From: Squalus acanthias
Taxonomy: Eukaryota
Direction: 5' to 3'
Length of the DNA: 64,000 nucleotides
Assembly (NCBI GenBank): GCA_030390025.1
Contig: CM059431.1
Span: forward strand, 141,052,001-141,116,000
In this document: piece after piece, positions 13,490 to 24,429 of the stretch
Position numbering within the stretch: the stretch's first letter is position 1
Layout: each line of letters starts with the position of its first letter
Notes under the pieces: generated by a model
Seen by the model: the letters and a program-made list of their open reading frames with translations, nothing else
Databases searched by the model: none
What the model was told of the DNA's origin: nothing
Program-made: the position numbers and the translations under genes

Positions 13490-13991
13490 TGCGGAAGTAA
13501 CACCTCCGTTCAGTCCGTAAGGGTGACCCCTGAGCTTTCTAACCTCTCTGTTCTCGGTCTCTTACACTGTTTCAATGAAGCTCAACGTAAGCTCGAGGAA
13601 CAGCAGCTCATCTTTCGATTAGGCACTTTACACCCTTCTGGACTCAACATCGAGTTCAACAATTTCAAACTATAACCCCTGTTCCCATTTTTCGTGCTGT
13701 ATGATTTTGCCACCCCCTTTGCAACATTTTATATTTCCTGCCTCATACTTAGCACAGTATATTCCTTCAATTCCTTCCTCCCCTCTCACACACCTCCCCC
13801 CTCCCTGTCTAGGCACCTGCTTAATATCTCCAGCTGTTACATCTCCAGCTTCTTCCAGTTCTGATGAAGGGTCCCAGACCTGAAACGTTAACTCTGTTTC
13901 TCTCTCCACGGATGCTTCCTGGCCTGCTGAGTATTTCCAGCATTTTCTGTTGTTATTTCAGATTTGCAGCATCCGCAGTATTTTGCTATCG
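13490..13991 (+). mobile_element. Penelope-like element 3' fragment (GIY-YIG C-terminus and pseudo-LTR)
   Basis: Encodes RKLEEQQLIFRLGTLHPSGLNIEFNNF*. It is flanked by a duplicated TGTTGTAAAAA (13475-13485 and 13992-14002). Confidence 0.8.
13857..13893 (+). ncRNA. Minimal type I hammerhead ribozyme motif in the Penelope pseudo-LTR
   Basis: The sequence parses as AGTT-CTGATGA-AG[GGTC cca GACC]T-GAAA-CG-TT-AACT. The conserved core is intact, stem I is AGTT/AACT, stem II is a hairpin and stem III is the palindrome ACGT. Confidence 0.7.
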
Positions 13992-15402
13992 TGTTGTAAA
14001 AACCCAGCTGGTTCACTGATGTCCTTTAGGAAATGTGCTATGCTTACCTGCTCTGGCCTGTATGTGACTCCAGGCCCAAAACAATGGGAAGCAACTCAGT
14101 TGCAACAGCTCGCTACAAGAAAATATATGAAGAATATAAACGGACGGACCATTCGGCATCGGCTACGGACACGACAACGGCACACCCAACCCAGTCAAAC
14201 TTGCAAAATACTCCTCCCCAACATCTTGGGACGTTGACACAATTGGGAGAGCTGTCCCAGAGACTATTTAAGTAACAGCCTGAAATAGTCATAGTTGCAG
14301 AATCATACCTTTCAGCCAATCTCCCAAAATCCTCCATCAGCATCCCTGGGTATGTCCTGTCCCAGCGGCAGGACAGATCCACCAGGGTTGGTGGCACAGT
14401 GGTAAAAATTCGGGAAGGAGTGGCCCTGGGAGTCTTCAACATTGATTCCGTACCCCATGAATTCTCATGTCCTCAGGTTAAGCATGGGCAAGGAAACCTG
14501 CTGCTGATTTCGAACTACCGCCCTCCCTCAGCTGATAAAACAGTACTCCCCCATGTTAAACAGCACTTGGAAGAAGCACTGAGAGTAGCAAGGGCACAGA
14601 ATGTACTCTGGGTAGGGGACTTCATGTCAAGCATCAAGAGTGGTTCGGTAGCACCACTACTGACTGAGCTGGCAGAGTCCTGAAGGACATAACTGCCAGT
14701 CTGGGCCTGCAACAGGTGGTGAGAGAGCCAACACGATGGAAAAACCTGTTTGAACTCGTCCTCAACAATATACCTGGCGCAGATTCATCTGTCCATGACA
14801 GCATTGGTAGCTGTGACTACCGCACAGTCAATGTGGAGACGAAGTCCTGTCTTCACAATGAGGACACCCTCCATCGAGATGTGTGGCACTACCGTGCTAA
14901 ATGGGATAAATTCACAACAGATCGAGCAGCGCAAAACTGGGCATCCATGAGGCGCTGTGGGCCATCAGCAGCAGCTGAATTGTATTCCACCACAATCAGT
15001 AACCTCATGGCCAGGCATATCCCTCACTCTGGCAACCCTGGTTCAAAAGGGAGTGTAGAAGGGCATGCCAGGAGCAGCACCAGGCGTACCTCAAAATGAG
15101 GTACCAACCTGGGGAAGCTGCAATACAGGACTGCATGCATGCTTAAAAGCGGAAGCAGCATGCTATACAAAGTGCTGAGCGATCCCAAAATCAACGGATC
15201 AGATCAAAGCTCTGCAGTCCTGCCACATCAATCGTGAATAGTGGTGGACCATTAAACAACTAACGGGAGGAGGAGGCTCCATGAATATCCCCATCCTCAA
15301 TGTTGGTGGAGCTCAGCACGTGAGTGCAAAAGACAAGGCTGAAGCGTTCGCAACCATCTTCAGTCAGAATTGCCAAGTGGATGATTCACATCGGCCTACT
15401 CC

Positions 15403-16607
15403 TGTAGGGGGTGGAAATGGGGTCAGCCTCTGCCTTCTGACTCAGTGAGCGGTTCGAATCGCTCCCACGCACCTGGTTCCTAGACTTTGGACTCATTTAG
15501 GGGTGGTGAACAAAAAATGCAGTAGACAACAGTCTCTGATGAAAGAATTTTGACTTTATTAAAAGGAAAGGGTAACAAACTTAAAACACACTTAATACTT
15601 ACAGGTTGGGGAAACACACGGTACAGGCGAGGGAGAAACACAATATACCAAACAAAAACCTTATCCCTCCCAAAGATCCCACTATCTAGCTAGGTTTTTG
15701 GTTTCAGGATATCAGGGATAATGCTCACCAACGAATCCTTGACAGGATTTTAGAGTATTTTGATTAAAAGATTTCGTAAGGCCCTTGTTGCTGCGAGGTG
15801 TCCGATGGTCACTGAGGCAGTCGCGCTGGTTTCTTCTTGTGTGATGGTCCGTTTGTGGAGTTGTAGACGTTCCTTTCTCCTCCTCCTCGTGGCTTGTGGT
15901 TTCTTTTGCTGGAGCAGGGCTGAGAGAGAGAGAGAGAGAGAGAGAGCTGTTCCAGCTTTGTCAGCGAGTCCAAAAGAGAGCGAGCCCTGGGACAGGCTCA
16001 AATATATTGTCCTTTTCGCGCCCAAAACCCCTTACTAAAACGCGCCCAAAACCCCTTTAGGTTTCAAATGAGCCCTGTTAAGTCCATTGTCTAGTTTTGG
16101 CGGGCTTGCCAGTTCCGATGGCTTTAACTTGGTGTTAAACATGTCCTGATCGTTTTCCGATTTAGGCAAGGCCTTACCTACGCGTCGAATCTCATCCCTA
16201 TTGTCCTAGGTCTATTGGCGGGCTTTAAATCTGTCCTGTGGATACCTGGTTGATTGGTTCTTGATGAAGTAAATCGGATTGCTTAATGTTTTATTGATTT
16301 CAAAAGAGCTCTTGGATTATTCATATATCGATGTGTGTTTGAGGCCTTTGGGTTTTGTCTCTTCCTCCTTGATAGGAAGACAGTGTAAACACATTCCCAG
16401 ACAGCTTAATAAAATGCCTGGCCACGCCCTTCTGCAGCCTGTCGGTGTCTGTGATAAGCTGTCTTTACCAACAGTGAGTTTCGAAAAGTCATTTTCATCA
16501 GGGTTTTCTTCCCTGATCTTTAAAAATGTCCAAAACTGGGGGGTTTACCTCAAATCACTTCACTTAGGGTCCTGTTCGAGTTTCTGGGGGATTTTGCGAA
16601 GCCTACA
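15403..16607 (-). mobile_element. 1205-bp solo LTR (ERV or Gypsy type)
   Basis: TGTAGG...CCTACA inverted termini, 4-bp TSD CTCC (15399-15402 and 16608-16611), minus-strand AATAAA near 15557 and an internal (GA)n tract. Confidence 0.85.
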
Positions 16608-18620
16608 CTCCTGAGGTCCCCACCATCACAGAAGCCAGTCTTCAGCCAATTCGATTCACTCCAAGTGATATCAAGAAACGGTTGAGCGCACTGGATACAG
16701 CAAAGAGTTTGGGCCCCGAAAACAACCTGGCTGTTGTGCTGAAGACTTGTGCTCCAGAATTAGCCGCGCCTCTAGCCAAGCTGTACCAGTACAACTACTG
16801 GCATCTATCAGACACAATGTGGACAACTGCCCAGGTATGTCCTGTCCACAAAAAGCACGTAAAATCCAATCCGACCAATTAACGCCCAATCAGTCTACGC
16901 ACAATCATCAGCAAAGTGGTGGAAGGAGTCATCGACAGTGCGATCAAGCGGCACTTATTCACTAATAACCTGCTCACTGATGCTTACTTTGGGTTCCGCC
17001 AGGACCACTCCGCTCCAGACCTCATTACAGCCTCGGTCCATACATGGACAAAGGAGCTGAATTCCAGAGTTGAGGTGAGAGTGACTGCCCATTGATGTCA
17101 AGGCAGCTTTTGACCGAGTGTGGCATCAAGGAACCCTAGTAAAACTGAAGTCAATGGGAATCGGGGTGCGGGATGGGGGGCAAGTAAACGCTCCACTGGC
17201 TGCCCAAATGAAGATGGTTGTATTGGTTGGAGGTCAATCATCACAGCCCCACGACATCGCTGCAGGAGTTCCTCAGGGCAGTGTCCTAGGACCAACCATC
17301 TTCAGCTGCTTCATCAATGACCACAAACATAAGGTCGACTGCACAAGTCCTCAGATAATGAAACAGTCCATGCCCGCATGCAACAAGACCTGGACGACGT
17401 TCAGACTTGGGCTGATAAGTGGCAGGTAATATTCGCGACAAAGAAGTGCCAGGCAATGACTATCTGCAACAAGCGAGAGTCTAACCACCGCCCTTTGGCA
17501 TTCAACAGCATTACCATCGCTGAATCCCACACCATCAACATCCTGGGGGTCACCATTGACCAGAAACTTAAATGGACCAGCCACATAATTACTCTGGCAA
17601 CAAGAGCAGGTCAGAGGCTGGGTATTCTGCGGCGAGAGTCTCACCTCCTGACTCCCCAAATCCTTTCCACCATCTACAAGGTACAAGTAGGGAGTGTGAT
17701 GTAATACTCTCCACTAGCCTGGATGAGTGCAGCTCCAACAACACTCAAGAAGCTCGACACCATATAATACAAAGCAGCCCGCTTGATTGGCACCCATCCA
17801 CCAAATTAAACATTCACTCCCTCCACCACCGCCGTCCCGTGGTTGCAGTGTGTACCATCTACAAGATGCACTGCAGTAACTCGCCAAGGCTTCTTCGGCA
17901 GCACCTCCCAAACCCGCGCCCTCTACAACCTAGAAAGACAACGATATCAGGCGCATGGGAACACCACCACCTCCAATTTTCCCTCTAAGTCGCGCACCAT
18001 CCTGACTTGGAAGTATATCGCCGTTCCTTCATCGTCATCGTCGCTGGGTCAAAATCATTTAACTCCCTACCTAACAGCATTGTGGGAGTACCATCACCAT
18101 ACGGACTGCAGCGGTTCAAGAAGGCGGCTCACCACCACCTTCTCAAGGGCAATTAGGGATGAGCAATAAATGCTGGCCTTCCCAGCGACGCCCACATCCC
18201 ATGAACAAAAAAGCAAAATTTAAAAAATCTAGTGATAGTTTGTCATCAGGGAACTTTCGAATGCAATGTGTTGTTAAATTCTATAACTATTCCGGAATGT
18301 AATCAAAACCCGAACAATATTGTTGTCCTTGCAGCTCAGCGTAATGATAAGAGAATCTGAGTAAAATAAGTCTTTAGTGCTACACACAATCTTTGTAACA
18401 ATCTGCAGAAGCTCCACAATTCTGACTATTCAGCAACATCTCAATTTCATCTCGAATATCTGAAATTATCTTTGCAGTTGTTACTTGCATTATCAAACAA
18501 TCATAGTTACATGAAGCTCGGTCATGTTTTGGTCAAATTCAGCAAAATATGTTACTCTGTATGGATTCAAAAACGGGTGACCTGCTTAATTTGAATTTCG
18601 ATGATTAGCAAAATTCCAAT

Positions 18621-20227
18621 GTACTGACACTCCGACAGCGCAGCGCTGCCTCAGTACTGCCTCTCCTACAGTGCAGCACTCCCTCATTACCTCCCCTCCG
18701 ACAGTGCAACACTCCCGCAGTACTGCCCTTACGATAGTCTTGCACACCCTCAGTATTGTCTATCTGATAGTGCAGAACACCTTGTGTATTGCCCGTCTGA
18801 CAATGCAGAACTCACTCATTGCTATCCCTCCGACAGTGTAGCACTCCTTCAGTACTGCTCCTCCAACAGTGAATGCAGCGCTCCCTCAGTGCTGCCACTC
18901 CAACAGTTGAGCGCTCCCTCAGTACTGCCCCTCCGACAGTGCAGCACTCCTTCAACACTGCCCCTCCGACAGTGTAGCGCTCCCCCAGTACTGCCTCTCC
19001 GAAACTGCAGCGTTCCCATCGTACAGTCCCTCCGACAGTGCAGCTCTCCCTCAGTACTGCACCTCTGACAGTGTAGCGCTCCCCCAGTACTGCCTCTCCG
19101 ACAGTGCAGCGCTCCCATCCTACAGTCACTCCAAAAGTGCAGCGCTCCCTCAGTACTGCCTCTCTGACAGTGCAGCGCTCCCACAGTGCTGCCTTTCTGA
19201 CAGTGCAGCATTCCCTCAGTACTGCCCCTCCAACACTACAGCATTCCCCGTGCATTGGCCCTCTGATAGTGCAGCGCTCCCTCAGTGCTGCACCTCCAAC
19301 TGTTCAGCGCTCCCTCAGTACTGCACCTCCGACAGTGCGGCACTCCTTCAGTACTGCACCTCCAACAGTGCAGCACTCGCTCAGTACTACCCCTCCGACA
19401 GTGCAGAGCTCCCTCAGTACAGCTCCTCCGACAGTGCAGCGCTCCCTCAGTACTGTCCCTATAACATTGCAGAACTGTGTGTATTGCCCCTCTGACAGTG
19501 CAGAACTCACTCTGTGCTGCCCCTCCGACAGTGCAGCGCTCCCTCAGTAATGCCCACCGATCGTGCAGCACTCCCGATGTACTGTCCCTCCGACAGAGAA
19601 GAAGTCCCTCCTTACTGTGCCTCCGACAGAGAAGAAGTCCCTCCTTACTGTCCCTCCGACAGTGCAGCGCACCCTCAGTACTGTCCCTCCAAAATGCATT
19701 ACTCCCTCAGTACTTTCCCTCCAGCAGTGCAGCGCTCCTTCTGTACTGTCCCTCCGACAGTGCAGCGCTCATCAGTACTGCCCTTCTGACATTGCAGTCC
19801 TCCCTCAGTACTGTCCCTCCAACAGGGTAGTGCTCCCTCAGTACTGCCTCTCTGGCATTGCAGCGCTCCTTCAGTGCTCTCTTGGACAGTGCAGTCCTCC
19901 CTCAGTACTGCCCCTCCGACAGTGCAGTGCTCCCTTAGTAATGCCCCTCCGACAGTGCAGCTATCTTTCAGTACTGCAGCGCTCCCTTTGTAATGCCCCT
20001 CCGACAGTGCAGCTCTCCTTCAGTAGTGCCCCTCCGACAATGCAGCGCTCCCTCAGTATTACCTCCTCTGACAGTGTACCGCTCCCTCAGTGCTGCCTCT
20101 CCAAAAGTGCAGCGCTGGCTCAGTACTGCCCCTTCCACAGTGCAGCGCTCCCTCAGTACTGCCTCTCCGACAGTGCAGCGCTAGCTCAATACTGAACATC
20201 CGACGGTGCAGCACTGCCTCAGTACTG
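18621..20227. repeat. 33-bp minisatellite (CAGTACTGCCCCTCCGACAGTGCAGCGCTCCCT), about 49 copies
   Basis: Direct tandem periodicity; the overlapping ORFs show an 11-aa period (TVQRSLSTAPP). Confidence 0.95.
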
Positions 20228-20629
20228 GCCGCTGCAGACAGAAGTAACCAGGTGGGAAGAACCTAACTATCCAAACAATGTAATTAAACATTTCTCAATA
20301 TTATTGACACTCACATATATGAAAAGGTTGGAAGCGGTCACATTTAGGTCGAGATTAGTACCGTTGAACAGTCACTAATAAACTTATAACCTGCAAGAAC
20401 AGACATGATGTGTTCTAGCCACCGAGCCAAGCCGTCAGTAGATGATCAGATGATGTCGGGTTTTTTGTCCAATTTGCGTTCAGGGAATTTAAACTGAACA
20501 CTTCCCCCCCTCCCCACCCAGAGGTTTTTCACAGCCGAAATTCAATTAACTTTTACTCCCAACCCATTTGCTAAATTACTGTAATTGTTTTTATTTAAGC
20601 GTCAAGAATTAATTTGACTAAAACTAGGG

Positions 20630-20920
20630 ACGTTAATTACAAGATGGTCACCAATAAATTCAATGGGGAATTCAGGAGAAACTTATTTTACCTGAGAATT
20701 GTGACAATGTGCAACTCGCTACCCCAAGGACAATTTGTGGTGAATAGCAGTTAAGGGGAAATCTAGATAAGTACATGAGAGAGAAAGGAATAGAAGGTTA
20801 CGCTGATAGAGTTAGATAAAGCAGGACAGGAGGAGGCTCGTGTGGAGCATAAACACCGGCATAGACCAGTTGGGCCGAATGGACTGTTCCTACGCTGTAA
20901 ATTGAATGTCAGTCTATGTA
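20630..20920 (+). mobile_element. CR1 3' fragment
   Basis: GAGGAGGCTCGTGTGGAGCATAAACACCGGCATAGACCAGTTGGGCCGAATGG tail; a similar tail lies at about 415-495. Confidence 0.7.
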
Positions 20921-21521
20921 ATATGTACGATGAATATTGATGAATCCTGCGATGCAGATTAACCTATTCCGGGCTCTCCAGAAGAGGAACCATGGAATTT
21001 CTACCCTTTATTACAGGTGAACTTGGTTTTCCGGAGCGGTGGTGCAGGTGTACCCTGAGTACCTTGTCCCGTAGCGTCTGGCTTGCCCATTATACGAGGT
21101 CGAAGCTATTCCTACTCGCCGCTGTGTAGCTTTTACTTCACTAACAGTAGTTATTGTGCAAATTCACTTGAGGTGGATTATAGCGCTAGTGACAGACATC
21201 GACTCAAATAAAACTGCGAGCTGGGAGACTGAGAGAAAAGCAGAAGCAATGCCTCCATCTCATGGAAGGATTTTATACGGACTTGTCGTCACCCGTCCCC
21301 ATGAAGCTCTGTATAATGAATTGTGAATCGAGATATTTCCTACTCTGTTCAATTTTTCTTCTGTATACTTGCCGTGCGAATTATGCAATCGAAGGTGTGT
21401 AGATTGTAATCCTGCAGTGCTCAGAGATATGGTGCATGATTTACTAAGCGCAATTCAGGAAGAGATTTAAACCAATTGACCGAGAGACAGTGTGGAACAC
21501 GATGAAAAAATGTGCTAGCAA

Positions 21522-21724
21522 TTTAATTGGGTAGACAGGGAATGTTACAGTGCAGGAGGGAGAGACCCTGGTTTAATTGGGTAGACAGGGAATGTTACAG
21601 TGCAGGAGGGAGAGACACTGGTTTAATTGGGTAGACAGGGAATGTTACAGTGTAGGAGGGAGAGACCCTGGTTTAATTGGGTAGACAGGGAATGTTACAG
21701 TGCAGGAGGTAGAGACCCTGGTTT
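21522..21724. repeat. 50-bp tandem repeat, 4 near-identical copies
   Basis: TTTAATTGGGTAGACAGGGAATGTTACAGTGCAGGAGGGAGAGACCCTGG starts at 21522, 21572, 21622 and 21672. Confidence 0.95.
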
Positions 21725-21879
21725 GAAAAAAAATGAAATGACAACAGGCTTAGGAAAGTTTATGTGTAAATTTAATGCTGTAATAAATCAGAGCAACAAA
21801 AGCTTTAGAGAACAACTGATCTGGAAAGCGATCACTTGCATTAGCTATTGCGTGTGCGCCTCAGAGCAGTGATGGTTAA

Positions 21880-22250
21880 AGCGAGATTGGACGGAGGTGT
21901 TCAATATTATGAGGGATTTTGCTAGAGTAAACAAGGGGAAACGGTTTCCACTGACCGGAGGACCCGTAACCAGAGGACAAGGTGATTAGCAAAAGAACCA
22001 GAGGGATGGCGAGCATAATTTTTTGTTAAGCAGTGAGTTGTTGTGATCTGGAATGCACTGACTGAAAAGATGTTTGAAGCAGATTCAATAGTAACTTAAA
22101 AAAAGGAATTGGATCTCCAATTAAAAAGGAAGAATTGCCAGGCACTGGTGAAAGAGCAGGAGAATGGAGCTAATTCTGAGCTCTTTCAGACAGCCGGCAT
22201 AGTCAGAATGGGCTGAATGGCCTCCTTCGGGTCTGTACCATTCCATGTAC
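21880..22250 (+). mobile_element. CR1 3' fragment
   Basis: EVFNIMR..., a WNAL-type end and a GGGCTGAATGGCCTCCTTC tail. Confidence 0.7.
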
Positions 22251-22514
22251 TGAATCAGATTCAGAAAGAGTTAACTTTGAATCTGCTTACATCACCTTTC
22301 GGGCAGTGCATTCCGGATTCTAACAACTCGCTGCCTAAACATAATTCTCCTCTCTGGATGTTTTGCAAATTATCTTAAATCCCTGTCTCTGGTTACTGAT
22401 CCTCCTGCCACTGGACATAAACATTTAGGTAACTACTAAAGTCGCGTTGCACGGACATCAATACAGTGAAGATCAGGTAAATTGTCATTGATCGCAGATT
22501 AAATGCGTGAACCT

Positions 22515-23020
22515 CAACAACATCAATAAAAATTGTATTTATATGGCTCATGTAACGTAGATAAACGTCCCAAGGTGCTTCACATGAGCATTATCAAACA
22601 AGGTTTTGACATCGAGACACGTAAGGAGATACTAGAACAGGTGATCAAAAGATTGGTCAAATAAGTAGGTTTTAAGGAGCGTCTTAAAGGAGGAGAGATA
22701 GGTAGAGAGGCGTTGGTTTACGAGGGAATTCCGGGGTTTAGGGCCTTTGCAGCTGAAGGCACGGCCACCAATGGTGGAGCGATTAAATTCGGGGATGTAC
22801 AAGAGGCAGATATCTCGGGGGGTTGTGGGGCTGAAGGAGATTACAGAGATATGGAGGGGTGAGGCCACGGAGGGATTTGAAAACAAGAATTAGAATTTAA
22901 AATCGACGTGTTGCCGGATCAGGCGCCAATGTAGGTCAGCGAGCACAGGGGAGATGGTAAAATGGGGGCGAGTTAAGACACGGGCAACACAGGTTTGGAT
23001 GAGCTGAAGTTTACACAGGG
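22515..23020 (-). mobile_element. L2 LINE 3' end
   Basis: Encodes LQLIQTCVARVLT..ISPVLADLHW, IGGRAFS and LSSFKTLLKTYLFDQ. Confidence 0.85.
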
Positions 23021-23034
23021 TGGCAATAGAAGGC

Positions 23035-23325
23035 CAGACTGCTTTCTCAGCTGGACGTAAAAGATCCCATGGCAATATTTCGAAGAAGAGCAGGGGAGTT
23101 ATTCCCGGTGTCCTGGCCAATATTTATCCCTCAATCAACATAACAAAACAGTTTATTTGGTTATTATCACATTGCTGTTTGTGGGAGCTTTCTGTGCGCA
23201 TATTGGCTGCCGCGTTTACCACATTACAACAATGACTCCACTTCAAAAATACTAAATTGATTGTAAAGTGCTTTGCGACGTCCGGCGGCCGTGAAAGGCG
23301 CCATATAAATGCAAGTCTTTCTTTA
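23035..23325 (+). mobile_element. SacSINE1/DeuSINE-like SINE, 3' half
   Basis: AAAGATCCCATGGC...GAAGAAGAGCAGGGGAG...TGGCCAATATTTATCCCTCAA core and AAATGCAAGTCTTTCTTT tail. Confidence 0.75.
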
Positions 23326-23541
23326 TTCAGCCAGAAGGGTATTGGAATAGTCGAGCATGGATATCTGGATTAAAGGGGTAATTGGCTAGACTGGGGATGT
23401 TATAGTACAAAAGGTAGAGTCCCTGGTTTCAATAAAAGAACGGACAGCAGATATGCATGGCTCACGGGAGCAGGCGTTAACTCTGAGTTATCAGCGCAGT
23501 TGAATGTCATCTGCTAATCAATGAGGTACTTCACTGTATCA

Positions 23542-23677
23542 AAAGCCAAATACTGCGACGCTGCAAATTTGAAATACAAACAGAAATATCTGGAAAATAC
23601 TCAGCAGGTCAGGTAGCCTCTGTGGAGAGAGAAACAGAGATAACCTTTCAGATCGAACACCTGTCGTTTGAACCGGG
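23542..23677 (-). mobile_element. Penelope pseudo-LTR fragment with a decayed hammerhead
   Basis: Reverse complement of 13857-13990; the CTGATGA core is mutated. Confidence 0.65.
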
Positions 23678-23751
23678 TCAAGCTTGAAGCAGATTCGCTG
23701 CAGCCTTATTTCCCTGGATCACCTTTAGTGATTCACTGATGCGGAGAACTT

Positions 23752-23865
23752 CTAGCTGTTTTCCTTGTTCAACCAGAAGCTGATGAAAGCGATGTTCCAG
23801 ACAGAGAGAAACAATTGCAGGACAACGAACAAGAGTATCAGCCAATGGAAGGTGGCCGAGTAATC
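23752..23865 (-). other. Candidate terminal coding exon encoding one transmembrane helix (DYSATFHWLILLFVVLQLFLSVWNIAFISFWLNKENS*)
   Basis: A strong acceptor (CCTTGTTTCTCCTCCCTTACAG) directly precedes a 37-codon hydrophobic segment and a stop. No partner exons were identified. Confidence 0.35.
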
Positions 23866-24021
23866 CTGTAAGGGAGGAGAAACAAGGCACTGACTGAGCT
23901 GAATATGTTCCACTGGGAGGCACATTGCTCCCGCAGACAACAGCATGTTTAAAATGAACTTGGTGAACATCACCACTGAGAGACAGGGCAGAATTGGTGC
24001 CATCATTGGGATACAATAGCG

Positions 24022-24390
24022 AGGGGGATTTCAACTTCTGGCGAAGGTTTGCAGTTGACGATATCGGATCGGCCGCCCGTTATACTTCATTCCCGTTTTT
24101 CCTTGCCGTTGATTTCAATTATGGGGAAATCGGGCGATGCGTTTCAGGTGGTGCTTTCCTCACCCATTGGAAATCACTTTCACATCGTTTCCCTGTGCGC
24201 TGGTCCTGTCCACCAGCCTGCATTGTTCATTCACAATGGGGTAGATGTTCAGATTTTGCGATGGTATAAAACAGGCGTTAGCGAGTCAGCCGAAGGAGTT
24301 ACTTCTCTCCTTGACTTCAATGAGAATCAAAATCGGGAGAGATGTTATGCCGGCTGCCGACTCGCTATCACCCGTTGAACACTATCGTAC
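24022..24390. mobile_element. Degenerate palindromic non-autonomous DNA transposon (MITE-like)
   Basis: CpG-rich, with repeated TTGA(C/T)TTCAAT palindromic cores; a similar element lies at about 40945-41380. Confidence 0.4.
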
Positions 24391-24429
24391 AACAACAACA
24401 ACTCGCATTTATATCGCGCCTTTAACGTA

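Larger units (their letters stand above)
12992..18227 (+). mobile_element. Near full-length non-LTR retrotransposon (APE + RT, CR1/L2/jockey group) with a tRNA-like 5' head and three nested insertions
   Basis: APE motifs at 14210-14900 (PEIVIVAESYL, NYRPPS, WVGDF). RT motifs at 16620-17700 (FGFRQDHS, DVKAAFDRVWH, GVPQGSVLGPTIFSCFIND). 3' tail CAATAAATGCTGGCC followed by an A-rich end at 18227. Boundaries are supported by an empty paralogous site near 26000. Confidence 0.8.

Noticed and set aside
18784..20195. Many overlapping 70-210-aa ORFs
   Set aside because: They are artefacts of the stop-poor 33-bp minisatellite.
21522..21724. Regular repeats resembling a CRISPR array
   Set aside because: The units are head-to-tail with no unique spacers, the context is eukaryotic and there are no cas genes.
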